From: Nanobdellota archaeon
GTDB lineage: Archaea > Nanobdellota > Nanobdellia > Parvarchaeales > Parvarchaeaceae
Direction of reading: 5' to 3'
DNA: 20,879 nt
NCBI GenBank assembly: GCA_021807085.1
Contig: JAKAPM010000013.1
Span: 1-20,879, forward strand
Shown here: positions 6,959 to 15,928 of the stretch, in pieces
Numbering within the stretch: position 1 is the stretch's first letter
Layout of the letters: every line of letters starts with the position of its first letter
The notes under the pieces: generated by a model
The model's database searches: none
The model's input: the letters and a program-made list of their open reading frames with translations, nothing else
Told to the model about the DNA's origin: nothing
Made by a program: the position numbers and the translations under genes

Positions 6959-8509
6959 CTATCTCTTGTAGAACGCTCTTATGAATTTATCAGCGCGCAG
7001 AAGTTTTACGAAGAAGCTCATATCGTGCCTCGTTATCGTGCGCGTGGCGTATAACAGTCCGAAATAGACAAAAAGACTAAGGATTAGGATCCACGGGAGC
7101 AGCGACAGTGTTGCCACAAATGCAAGTGCGTAGTAGAGAAATATCCCCATCAGCGCTGCAGAAACGAACCCTTTAGCAAGGTCCAAGTAAGGTATGGATT
7201 TAGAGAAAGATATTATCCTCAGACGGTTGAGGAACGCCAGATTCAGCACCAGCATTGTTATGCTGACGAGCGTGTACGCTTCGGCTGCGCCAACGGCTGA
7301 GAACCTCGGCACAAGAACTAGCGTCGAAACTAGACCGACTACTGCGCCAGCCACCACCGAATACATCCAGTACTTCTGTTTCCCTGTAGCGCTGAGTATC
7401 TGAGTAAGTGGCCCGAAAATCGCCGTTAATATAACGGGAACTATCAGTATTACGAATGGTGTCTGTACGCTCAGAAAAGAAGATCGGTACAGGTAACTTA
7501 TAAGTTGCCGTATGGATATCAGTGACGCAACTACGAACGGTATAGTTATCAGGACGGAATATTTCAGCAGACGCTTCTCGAGCATATAGAAATTTACCAG
7601 GTCTCTTTTTTCAAAAAACTTGGTTATGGACGAGAAAAACGCGGATCCTATTATATTTGCAGGCATGCCCAACATTCCGACCATTATCAAACCCACTCTA
7701 TAAAAGCTAACGTCGGACATATTCGCAGCGACAGCACCCAAAAACAGGGTTATCACCGGCCCGTAAAGCGTGCTTATCAGTGAACCGGTGTAGGAGAAAG
7801 CGCTGTAATGCTTCAGATGCGACAGTTCGGCAGCTTCTGGTCTGTCTTTTGCGGAGTTAAGCCTAAATATCCTGTACACGAAAAACAACCCGATGGTAGC
7901 TATAACCAAGTACGTTACATCGTACATTGCTATTGCTCCTAGAAGGCCGAAGCCGATGTACACAACGACAAGCTGCACTATCCTGAGTACGTCGTATATA
8001 ACCCCTGTTATGAATCCATATTTCAGCTTCTGTGAGCCGGTGAAAACCGCCGTAGTGAAATTATCGTTTATGGAATAGAATATAACACCTATCGCGAGTA
8101 TCCTTATGTATTCCGCTAGGGAAGGCGTCCTGTATATCACGGCGAGCGGACCGGATACGGCGAAAAGGGCGACAGAAGCCACGGAGGATGATACCATCAG
8201 CACGATGAAATAGTGGGATATGACCCAATTTATCAGCCCTTTCCTATCCTTCGCCCGGTACCTGGCTACACCATACATTATCGTGCTCCCGAGACCAAGT
8301 GAAGAGAAAGTACTGGCAAAGCCCCAGTAGAGGACGGCTACGGTGTACACTCCGTAGTTTGTAGGGCCTAGGAACCTGACAAGAAGTATACTGAGCAGGA
8401 ATGACACGAAGAACTTGGAACCCATTCTCAGAAAGCCGTACACACTGTTGGAGGCAACTATGTTCTGTTCCTCGTCGACGTTAACGGACTCTGTAATGGG
8501 CTCTTGCAT
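6959..8509 (-). CDS. Polysaccharide/oligosaccharide flippase (MOP/Wzx-type polysaccharide biosynthesis protein)
   Basis: 516 aa, polytopic (about 12-14 TM). The N-terminal pattern FLRMGSKFFVSFLLSILLVRFLGPTNYGVY is typical of the Wzx/RfbX family. Confidence 0.65.
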   Translation of the reverse strand: MQEPITESVNVDEEQNIVASNSVYGFLRMGSKFFVSFLLSILLVRFLGPTNYGVYTVAVLYWGFASTFSSLGLGSTIMYGVARYRAKDRKGLINWVISHYFIVLMVSSSVASVALFAVSGPLAVIYRTPSLAEYIRILAIGVIFYSINDNFTTAVFTGSQKLKYGFITGVIYDVLRIVQLVVVYIGFGLLGAIAMYDVTYLVIATIGLFFVYRIFRLNSAKDRPEAAELSHLKHYSAFSYTGSLISTLYGPVITLFLGAVAANMSDVSFYRVGLIMVGMLGMPANIIGSAFFSSITKFFEKRDLVNFYMLEKRLLKYSVLITIPFVVASLISIRQLISYLYRSSFLSVQTPFVILIVPVILTAIFGPLTQILSATGKQKYWMYSVVAGAVVGLVSTLVLVPRFSAVGAAEAYTLVSITMLVLNLAFLNRLRIISFSKSIPYLDLAKGFVSAALMGIFLYYALAFVATLSLLPWILILSLFVYFGLLYATRTITRHDMSFFVKLLRADKFIRAFYKR

Positions 8510-8558
8510 AGTTATAACTAAACTAAAGATTTATCTGTTTAAAAAGTTACTTTAAATA

Positions 8559-8909
8559 ATGTTCATATTGATAGATGTACTATTGGTGGTGCTGAGCTCT
8601 TTCGCAATGCCGCTTGGATACATAATAGGAATATACACTGAGAAGGAGATTAGACATCTGGCGGAAACCGCCAAGATGCACGCGATATTCTCTTTCCCTA
8701 TGATTATAGTAGAGATATTTGTACTGTCGCTTCTGCCGCGCGCGGTGCCGGTAACGTACGCAACCTTACTGGGTGTAGTAATGTTGGCGAATATGGTTAT
8801 GTCCGCACTGAAAAGTTCAACCGATTACGACTTAGTTAGGACTACAGAGTACCAACTACTGTATCTAAGCGGAAACTTAGTAGTGCTCATGGTGGTGTTC
8901 CTGATATGA
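8559..8909 (+). CDS. Small integral membrane protein (about 4 TM), function unknown
   Basis: 116-aa hydrophobic ORF. TTTAAAAA/TTTAAATA elements lie upstream. Its stop overlaps the next start (ATGA at 8906-8909). Confidence 0.5.
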   Translation: MFILIDVLLVVLSSFAMPLGYIIGIYTEKEIRHLAETAKMHAIFSFPMIIVEIFVLSLLPRAVPVTYATLLGVVMLANMVMSALKSSTDYDLVRTTEYQLLYLSGNLVVLMVVFLI

Positions 8910-10048
8910 AGATAGGGATAATAGGAAGGACTAACGTGGGCAAGAGCACGCTCTTCAAAGCGCTGACTCTAGAGGAAGTAGCTGTAGAGGACAGACCGTT
9001 CACTACAATAGACCCAAACAGGGGAGTAGGTTATGTAAACTTCGATTGTCCTGAGAAGGAGTTCCACACAAAATGCAACCCGCACAATGCGCCGTGCGTG
9101 GATGGTACTAGATACATACCGCTGGAGTTGATAGACGTAGCTGGACTTATAGAAGGAGCCGGTGAAGGGAGGGGGCTCGGGAGCAAATTCCTGAGCGAAG
9201 CTATGGAAGCGGACGCCCTAATAGAAGTGATAGACATTTCTGGAAAAACTGACGGCGCAGGAATGAAGACCGAAGACTATGATCCAGGCAGGGACATCAG
9301 CATGGTGAAAGAAGAACTGAAAGTGTGGCTAAAATCCATAATACTCAGATACAGGCCGAAATCAGGAGAGGACATTGTGAACAATATTTACAAAGGACTC
9401 ACAGGATTGAAGATGAACAGGGACACGGTAAAAATGGGGATAAAGGAGCTTGACATAAAAGAACTGAATGATGCGACTGCAGAAAAGCTGGCCGAATACA
9501 TGATTGAGAAGGACAAACCGGTAATAGTAGCATGCAACAAGATGGATACTACCCCTGACTTGGACAAGAAGCTTGCGGACCTGCGGTCGCGCTTCAAATA
9601 CACGTTCGTACCATGTTCAGCGGCGGCGGAGCTTACCCTAAAGGAGGCAGAAAAGCACGGGTATATAAAATACAACGAGAAAAGCGATTTCACCGTAATT
9701 AAAGCGGGAGACAGCGAGCAGAAGAAGGCGCTGGACATAATAAAAAGGATCACCCAGAAATTCAGCGGCACCGGCATTGCGGAGCTCGTGAAAGAAGCTG
9801 TTTTCATGGTCAAAAAATACAAAGTTGTTTTCACTGTGGAGGATGAGAAGAAGCTGACTGACGGAAACGGTAGGGTCCTCCCGGACGCGTACCTAGTAGC
9901 ACCGGAGCACACGCCGAGGGATGTGGCCGGACTGGTGCACAGTGATTTCGTGGAAAAATACAAAGGGGCAATAGACTGCAGGACGGGACTCAAGATAAAG
10001 AACGACGAACCGGTTAAGAACGGCCAGGTAATAAAGATAATCGTATGA
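8906..10048 (+). CDS. YchF/OLA1-Ygr210-type GTP-binding protein with C-terminal TGS domain
   Basis: G1 motif GRTNVGKST, then PFTTIDPNRG, DVAGLIEGA and NKMD (G4). TGS-like C-terminus (…DFVEKYKGAIDCRTGLKI…GQVIKI). Confidence 0.8.
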   Translation: MKIGIIGRTNVGKSTLFKALTLEEVAVEDRPFTTIDPNRGVGYVNFDCPEKEFHTKCNPHNAPCVDGTRYIPLELIDVAGLIEGAGEGRGLGSKFLSEAMEADALIEVIDISGKTDGAGMKTEDYDPGRDISMVKEELKVWLKSIILRYRPKSGEDIVNNIYKGLTGLKMNRDTVKMGIKELDIKELNDATAEKLAEYMIEKDKPVIVACNKMDTTPDLDKKLADLRSRFKYTFVPCSAAAELTLKEAEKHGYIKYNEKSDFTVIKAGDSEQKKALDIIKRITQKFSGTGIAELVKEAVFMVKKYKVVFTVEDEKKLTDGNGRVLPDAYLVAPEHTPRDVAGLVHSDFVEKYKGAIDCRTGLKIKNDEPVKNGQVIKIIV

Positions 10049-10833
10049 ACAACACGAAGGTATTTCTCAAGGACGAGAAAGTATTTGCCAGAATAATAGA
10101 AGCTTCAGAGCTGACTGAAACGGACACCGTACTGGAGATAGGTAGCGGCGACGGTAGACTGACAGGAAGGATAGCGCCACGCGTAAAAAAGGTGTACGCA
10201 GTAGAGAAGGACCTAAATCTCCTGGACGCTTCGAAGGTCTTCCTAAGCGAGCACAAAAACATAGAATTTGTGGCAGGAGATATACTCGAACTGAATTTCC
10301 CTGACGACGTGGATAAGATAGTCGCGAACCTGCCGTACGCCATCTCTTCCCCAGTAACGACCAAGATAGTGCATTTCCTTGCGAAAAAACCTGGTTCGTT
10401 CGCAGTCTTGATGTACCAGAAAGAATTCGCGGAGAGAATGCTCGCCTTTCCTGGCATAAAGGATTACTCTATGCTCACAGTGTTCTGCCAGTACACTTCC
10501 AAAGTTAGGAAGATAGCGAACGTTAGCAAGAATTCGTTCAGGCCTAGACCTGCCGTCGATTCCATGATAATAAGACTGGAGCCGAAAAACAAAAGGGTAG
10601 ACGAAGGGTTCTTGGCGTTCACAAAACTGATATTTCAGCACAAGAAGAAGAACCTCTATTCCGCGATAATGGACAGCAGACGCGGTATGAGCGTTGATTC
10701 AAAGGACGAGCTAAGGAGAAGATTGGCGAGTATGGACAAAACTGTGCTCAAGGAGAAGGTATTCTTCTTCTCAATAGAAGAACTGGAACATATATATGAA
10801 GAGGCGGTTAGAGTGAAGATATGGTCAAGGTGA
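10045..10833 (+). CDS. ksgA: 16S rRNA (adenine1518/1519-N6)-dimethyltransferase KsgA/Dim1
   Basis: SAM motif VLEIGSGDGRLT and catalytic ANLPYAISSP. ATGA overlap with the upstream GTPase gene. Confidence 0.85.
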   Translation: MNNTKVFLKDEKVFARIIEASELTETDTVLEIGSGDGRLTGRIAPRVKKVYAVEKDLNLLDASKVFLSEHKNIEFVAGDILELNFPDDVDKIVANLPYAISSPVTTKIVHFLAKKPGSFAVLMYQKEFAERMLAFPGIKDYSMLTVFCQYTSKVRKIANVSKNSFRPRPAVDSMIIRLEPKNKRVDEGFLAFTKLIFQHKKKNLYSAIMDSRRGMSVDSKDELRRRLASMDKTVLKEKVFFFSIEELEHIYEEAVRVKIWSR

Positions 10834-11639
10834 ACGCGGGAAGGCCGCACAGAAGGTTCTATTACAGAAAGAACAACTGGGAACTGTTCCCTTTTACTCG
10901 CGGATTCGTTGGAAGAAGAAGATTCAGGAGGTTCAAGGACAGGTTCAGCCTCCTGGAAATAAGGAGCATACTCGTCGCATGGCTGGTCCTGGCCGTAGCA
11001 TTCGGGTACGTACTTTATCCTATCCTCTTTAGCACTGGTTTCGTCTACGTGTTCGGAGCTGCTGCGATAGTTCTCGGTCTGGGATTCATATTCCACGAGC
11101 TGATGCACAAGTTCGCGGCACAGAGGTACGGCTACGACGCTGAATTCAGAGTATGGCCGTTTTGGCTCGTCTTCGCGCTGATTATGGCATTCGCGGTCGG
11201 AGTCGTGTTCGCGGCTCCTGGCGCAACGTATTTCCAGCCGGATCCTAGGGAATACTATATGGACCCAAAAGGTTTCACAAAGAGGTACGGGATAATATCC
11301 CTTGCGGGTCCGGAGATAAACATAGTGTTCGGCGCCGCCTTCCTAGGTCTTTTCTACCTGGCGAAATCCTTCATAAACGTTGCGACAGCCTCCACACCGG
11401 GCCTTTTCGCCCTGTTGGTGTTCTCGCTTGGTGCGTACATAAACTTCTACCTGGCCGCGTTCAACATGATACCGTTCGGAAATATGGGCTCTATATCCCT
11501 GGACGGATACAAGGTGTGGCGCTGGAATAGAGTTTACTGGGCACTGTTCTTCGCAGTACCGGTGGTGATAACTGCCCTAATTTTCCTCGGATATATACCA
11601 GTCGTATCCCAGCTCGTACCGATACTGAGTAGAATATAG
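10821..11639 (+). CDS. M50-family (site-2 protease-like) intramembrane zinc metalloprotease, no PDZ domain
   Basis: HExxH (FHELMHK) within a TM helix and a second motif NMIPFG...LDG. Polytopic. Overlaps ksgA by 13 nt; the start is uncertain. Confidence 0.7.
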   Translation: MVKVNAGRPHRRFYYRKNNWELFPFTRGFVGRRRFRRFKDRFSLLEIRSILVAWLVLAVAFGYVLYPILFSTGFVYVFGAAAIVLGLGFIFHELMHKFAAQRYGYDAEFRVWPFWLVFALIMAFAVGVVFAAPGATYFQPDPREYYMDPKGFTKRYGIISLAGPEINIVFGAAFLGLFYLAKSFINVATASTPGLFALLVFSLGAYINFYLAAFNMIPFGNMGSISLDGYKVWRWNRVYWALFFAVPVVITALIFLGYIPVVSQLVPILSRI

Positions 11640-11670
11640 ATTTTATAAGCTATAAGGGATTAATAAGTAG

Positions 11671-12372
11671 ATGAAAAGGGACTCCTACCCCGCCAAGAGC
11701 AAAGAACACATAGTGGTAGCCTTCCAGACTGTCGGTTACATCTCTGTGCTGGTGGCTAGGTACCTCGAGGAGAAGGGAATAATCAAAGACCTTTTCGGAA
11801 TCAATATAGAGGATTTAGAAGAGTTTGCGATGATAAGGAAAGGGGAGATAGTCAACCCCATAAGGGTCCTCGAAGGAAGCAATTTCCTAGTCGTTACTTC
11901 GCATTTTCCGCTTCCCAGGAGCGCTGCGAACAAAATCGTCGACAAGATATTCGACATGTATAAGAGCTACGGTGCAAGGGACATAATAATCATAGAGGGC
12001 TTACCTATAGAGGAAGGCAGAGAGAAGAGCAGCGTGTATTACGCCAGCAACATGGATGATGAGATACCTAAGAAAACCAAAAAACTAGAGGAGGGAGCGA
12101 TGATAGGCTTGAACGCTTCTATGGCGATAAGGGGAAGACGCAAGAAAATCCCGGTAAGAACACTGATGGTCGAAACGCACGAAAATATACCCGACGGGGA
12201 AGCGGCAGCGCAGCTTATAGACTCTTTATCCGACATGATAAATATCAAGGTCGACACTGCGGAACTGATAAGCGAGTACAAGAAGACCCTGGCAAAGATA
12301 AACGAACTGATAAAACAGGTGCAGGCGCCGAGGAAGGACGACGGGCAAGAACAGCAGGAAATGTACGTGTAG
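11671..12372 (+). CDS. PAC2/Pba-family proteasome assembly chaperone
   Basis: 233 aa with a PAC2-like pattern (…VVAFQTVGYISVLVARYL…, …HENIPDGEAAAQLIDSLSDMINIKVDTAELISE…). The extreme C-terminus M-Y-V is an HbYX motif. Confidence 0.55.
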   Translation: MKRDSYPAKSKEHIVVAFQTVGYISVLVARYLEEKGIIKDLFGINIEDLEEFAMIRKGEIVNPIRVLEGSNFLVVTSHFPLPRSAANKIVDKIFDMYKSYGARDIIIIEGLPIEEGREKSSVYYASNMDDEIPKKTKKLEEGAMIGLNASMAIRGRRKKIPVRTLMVETHENIPDGEAAAQLIDSLSDMINIKVDTAELISEYKKTLAKINELIKQVQAPRKDDGQEQQEMYV

Positions 12373-12387
12373 ACTCTTTTCTTGTTT

Positions 12388-12807
12388 CTAAACGCCTAAA
12401 TTATTTTCCTTTTCTAACTTGTCTGCGACTTCGTTGAGGTATTTTGACACATTGCCGTCCATGAACGAGGTTGAATAAGCGGTTATGTCCCTTATCGGCA
12501 CCCATTTGTAAGCTTGGAATACGCGCAGAACATCCGGTTCGCCCTTCTTGTAGAGCACGACGTAAAGGTAATATGTTAGTTTCGGATTCTCGCTGGGCGA
12601 ATACTTGAATACCTTGCCGGTGATATCATACTCCATCGAAAAACCGTTGAGAAGCGTCGTTATTTCTCGCCTTGGGCTCATGTCCTCACTTATTTCCAGA
12701 TAGGGGAACACCCAAGTCGCTCGAGGCATTAGCCTGTCCTGGCTTTTCAGTTTTACCATCAAGACATTGCCTCCCTTGAGGACTAGTGCCGAAACCCTTC
12801 TAAGCAT
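12388..12807 (-). CDS. Nudix-fold protein with degenerate Nudix box
   Basis: From ATG 12807: MLRRVSALVLKGGNVLMVK...WVFPYLEISEDMSPRREITTLLNGF. This has Nudix-fold spacing but lacks the catalytic REx2EE glutamates. The longer ORF to 12882 has an implausible N-terminus. Confidence 0.4.
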   Translation of the reverse strand: MLRRVSALVLKGGNVLMVKLKSQDRLMPRATWVFPYLEISEDMSPRREITTLLNGFSMEYDITGKVFKYSPSENPKLTYYLYVVLYKKGEPDVLRVFQAYKWVPIRDITAYSTSFMDGNVSKYLNEVADKLEKENNLGV

Positions 12808-12915
12808 AGATAATCTACACCGCAGTGGTTTAAATCCATTAAACTGCAGCTGGACATGAACCGGGCGATGCGGGCCGGACAAATAAATTAATACTCTGAT
12901 GGAGACTAATTAGTC

Positions 12916-13206
12916 ATGGACAAGTCTTATGCTGCAGTCCTGGCGGCGGTTTTCGTGCTAGTGTTCGCTGCCATAATATTCTACACCAATCCAGCGCAGA
13001 GCCACAAGCAGATTGCCATCGGTCTGTGCGAGATACAATGCCAGCATCTCAACGTAACAAGCACTGGCCAGAACAATTTCTGTGCAGCTAAGAATATAAG
13101 TTATGGGTATTCGTGCGCCGTGTCCAACTCCGCCAACGCCGGACTATGTAACAACACGAACTCGGTATACGTTGACACTAACTGCCAGCTGGTTTATGTT
13201 GGTTGA
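12916..13206 (+). CDS. Small N-terminally membrane-anchored 6-Cys protein with N-glycosylation sequons (paralog of 17738..18076)
   Basis: 96 aa. TM anchor AAVLAAVFVLVFAAIIFY. Cys at residues 38, 42, 56, 67, 78 and 90 (first pair CxxxC). Sequons NVT, NIS, NNT. Confidence 0.6.
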   Translation: MDKSYAAVLAAVFVLVFAAIIFYTNPAQSHKQIAIGLCEIQCQHLNVTSTGQNNFCAAKNISYGYSCAVSNSANAGLCNNTNSVYVDTNCQLVYVG

Positions 13207-13212
13207 TGGGCG

Positions 13213-13884
13213 CTACTTTTCCTTCACTAGCTTGAGGAGCTTTGCTATCTTCGAGTTTAGAAAGTCTATCCTGCTCTGCTTGTCCTGCAGCATCTGACTC
13301 TGCTCTAGATGTCCCAGAACGGACCCGCAGTATGGGCACCTGAAATCGTTCTGCAGCGCCTTGTTTATATCGTATCTCCTGTTGCATGTTCCACAAACGT
13401 AAAAGTCCTCGGCCTTGTTCAGCTCTATAGATTTCCTAGTCTGCTTTATCTCGTCTTCGTAACTCTCCCTTATCAAGAATATCAGGCGCTGGATGTTGGC
13501 GGACCAGTAATAAGTGTACCAGGACTTGCTTCCCTTCCTCGTCTTTATGTACGAAACGAGCCCTTTGCTGTACAGCCTGTAAAGGTATTTCCTTATGGCG
13601 TTAGCCCTCTCGAATCTCAGGGCCCTGGCGAGTTTGTTCTCTTCCATTTCGCCCTTGTTTGTGAGGTACTTGAATATCTCGAGGCCTTTGTCGCCGGCTA
13701 CGTCGGTAACGAACTTTACAGATTCCTCCATCTTCAGGAGTTTATTTGTATCGATGATTATCTTCTTGGCTTTGACAATGATTCTTTTCGGGGCCCTGCT
13801 TGTTTTTTTGACTGGTTTCCAGTGGGCCTTCTTGGTGACCGAGAATCGCTTTTTTCGTCCAGAAACCGCTCTAGCTTTCGCCAT
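13213..13884 (-). CDS. tfe: Transcription factor E alpha (TFE) with a ~50-aa Lys/Arg-rich N-terminal extension
   Basis: Winged-helix region (…LEIFKYLTNKGEMEENKLARAL…RKYLYRLYSKGLVSY) and a Zn ribbon (CGTC…17 aa…CPYC). TATA-like TTTAATAA (13906-13913) lies 21 nt upstream of ATG 13884. An alternative internal start is M52 (13731). Confidence 0.75.
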   Translation of the reverse strand: MAKARAVSGRKKRFSVTKKAHWKPVKKTSRAPKRIIVKAKKIIIDTNKLLKMEESVKFVTDVAGDKGLEIFKYLTNKGEMEENKLARALRFERANAIRKYLYRLYSKGLVSYIKTRKGSKSWYTYYWSANIQRLIFLIRESYEDEIKQTRKSIELNKAEDFYVCGTCNRRYDINKALQNDFRCPYCGSVLGHLEQSQMLQDKQSRIDFLNSKIAKLLKLVKEK

Positions 13885-13914
13885 AGACTATTCTATCGTC
13901 CATTCTTATTAAAC

Positions 13915-15156
13915 CTATCTAATTATTGAAAACAAAATTGAACCGAGTGGGGTCAGAAGCAGGAAAAACACGGAGAACAGTATCACTATAGCGTTGGTTA
14001 TCCTTAGCTGTCTTTTAACGTTCTTCGTGAAATAACCCACTAGTTCGTACACTATCTTGCAGCCATCTGTGATATAAAATATCGGCAGGAAATTGGCTAT
14101 GCCCAAGCCGAGTGCTATTATGAAAATCCAAAGTACCAGGCCGTCCAGCCAGTACTCCCCTTGCGATGCGAGGCCGTTATTAGGGTAGGCGTTCGACGCT
14201 ATGGGCGATATCAGGAACGGCTGCTGGCTCTGGAGCGAAAGATACCCTTCGAAACCCACGTAGCTGTGGTTTGCGTTGGATGTTATCGAAGAGTTATAGG
14301 CAGTCCTTATGCTGTACACCGTGCCGCTGGTAGATGTGAAGTTAACGAGAGTGCCGGGTCTGACGTTCAGGTAAGAGTAGAGCTGGGCTGGCTGGAACAC
14401 CTCGCTACCGTCTATTTTGAGTATGGTGGTGTTTGCCGGCAGACCCGCCGCCTGCGCCGGTCCGTTGCTGCTAACGTTGACTATGTGCAGGAGATAGGGA
14501 GTAAAAGATATCGCACCGGACGCCACCAAGTAGTGGGAAAGCCAGAGGTAGAGCAGCAGGAATATTACACCCATTACTACGTTTGTGAAAGAACCGGCAG
14601 ACAAGACCTTGAGGCGGTCTATCCGTCTTGCCCTACTGAAAACTTTCTCATCGGGTTCCACGAACGCCAGAGGGAGTATACCCAAGAAGAATCCGAATCC
14701 GGACGACTTCAACTTTATCTTCCTCGCGAGGGCAACCACGCCGTGCGATCCTTCGTGCAGGACCACGACAATCAGAAGCGCTATCAGCCAGTAAAGTATA
14801 GGCACCCCTATTACGCCCGGCACGCCGGAGACCGGAAGGACGAGATCTGCGGCGGGAAGAGTAGAGGACGGGTTCGCCATCATCAGACCGAGATATGGGA
14901 TGGAAAGGTACAGGAAGTAACCTATTGATATCACCGCGGCGAATACACCTATTATTGAGTACACGTTGATAAAACGCCTGAATCTGGAAAAATCCTTCAT
15001 CAGCTTCAGCCCGAGCTTGGTGCGGTATATGAATATCACCTTACCCTCCACATCGAACTTTTTGCGCTTTAGGAAGACAAAAACACCGAATAGAACGAAG
15101 ATTATGAGGGCGAGTATGTTGTTCTCATTGGAGTAGAAGAATCCTGCAAACGTCAT
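13915..15156 (-). CDS. Site-2 protease (M50) with an inserted PDZ-like lumenal domain
   Basis: HExxH (LHEGSHG) in a TM helix, a NFLPIFYITDG (NxxPxxxxxDG) motif, and a central PDZ-like segment (GPAQAAGLPANTTILKIDGSEV). Confidence 0.8.
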   Translation of the reverse strand: MTFAGFFYSNENNILALIIFVLFGVFVFLKRKKFDVEGKVIFIYRTKLGLKLMKDFSRFRRFINVYSIIGVFAAVISIGYFLYLSIPYLGLMMANPSSTLPAADLVLPVSGVPGVIGVPILYWLIALLIVVVLHEGSHGVVALARKIKLKSSGFGFFLGILPLAFVEPDEKVFSRARRIDRLKVLSAGSFTNVVMGVIFLLLYLWLSHYLVASGAISFTPYLLHIVNVSSNGPAQAAGLPANTTILKIDGSEVFQPAQLYSYLNVRPGTLVNFTSTSGTVYSIRTAYNSSITSNANHSYVGFEGYLSLQSQQPFLISPIASNAYPNNGLASQGEYWLDGLVLWIFIIALGLGIANFLPIFYITDGCKIVYELVGYFTKNVKRQLRITNAIVILFSVFFLLLTPLGSILFSIIR

Positions 15157-15163
15157 CCTAAGT

Positions 15164-15352
15164 CTACACCTTCAACTTTCTTAACTCTTTGTGTTTCTGC
15201 CTCAGAGATGAGGAACCACATCTCCTGCACTTTACTTCGTTCAGCCTTATCAGCTTAGAACTGGATATCCTCATCTTGGCGTTGCAGTTTCTGCAGACGT
15301 AGATATTGCCGAACAGTCTTGAATCAGCCACCGGATTAGTTCTCTCTGCCAT
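15164..15352 (-). CDS. rpl40e: Ribosomal protein L40e (eL40)
   Basis: 62 aa, basic, with a CxxC…CxxC zinc ribbon (CRNCNAKM…CRRCGSSSLRQK) matching the archaeal L40e pattern. Confidence 0.75.
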   Translation of the reverse strand: MAERTNPVADSRLFGNIYVCRNCNAKMRISSSKLIRLNEVKCRRCGSSSLRQKHKELRKLKV

Positions 15353-15427
15353 TTGTATTCCTACTCGTCTATGTCTATAGTGAGTTCAACTCTTAATATA
15401 TAAAGATTTGCATGCATATAGCATCTT

Positions 15428-15928
15428 ATGGCTGTGGATATCGTAAAGAACGACGAAAAAGGGCTTGTTGACAGGCTGAAAAAGCTCGGATTTGACGGGG
15501 TCTTCCACAATCACAACGGCCTGATGAGCATGGTAGACGACGAGAACGCGTTCGAACTGAAGGTTTATTCCGGCAAGGATTACGATTTCACCATTCAGAA
15601 GGGCCGTGCAGACGTGGTCGAAGACCTTGAGAAGAACGGCTTCATCCTGAACAAAGGACTCTGTCACAAACTAAAAGAAAACGGGATGTTCGTAGTTTTC
15701 AAATTCTCGAACCTGATTGAGAGTGAGAATTTCTTCAAGACGTACAAAAACATGCTGATAAATGGGAGAACGTGCGACGAATACAGTGTCCCGTGCATTT
15801 ATGCATCGTACGCTGATAGTGTAAAAACAGCGAAGTCTCCAGCCCAACTGATAGCTTTCGCAGAGGAATTCAAGTACAGGTACGACAACCTCCTAAAATC
15901 CTGGGATAAACTGCTGAAAAGGAGCTAG
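15428..15928 (+). CDS. rnp3: RNase P protein component 3 (Rpp30-like), compact form
   Basis: 166 aa. LKKLGFDGV near the N-terminus. …GMFVVFKFSNLI…YSVPCIYASYADSVKTAKSPAQLIAF… resembles the conserved Rpp30 C-terminal strands (…SSgA…elR.P.dl). Assigned by eye only. Confidence 0.5.
   Translation: MAVDIVKNDEKGLVDRLKKLGFDGVFHNHNGLMSMVDDENAFELKVYSGKDYDFTIQKGRADVVEDLEKNGFILNKGLCHKLKENGMFVVFKFSNLIESENFFKTYKNMLINGRTCDEYSVPCIYASYADSVKTAKSPAQLIAFAEEFKYRYDNLLKSWDKLLKRS

Noticed and set aside
9388-11108. Minus-strand ORFs 9388..9993, 10014..10457, 10243..10641 and 10656..11108.
   Set aside because: They are antisense to the motif-supported GTPase, KsgA and M50 genes. They are Ser/Phe/Leu-rich shadow frames with no recognisable domains.
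14161-14928. A long 255-aa plus-strand ORF, with further ORFs at 14585..14794 and 13309..13929.
   Set aside because: These are shadow ORFs antisense to the well-supported S2P and TFE genes. Their composition is Arg/Gly/His/Val-rich and low in complexity, with no motifs.
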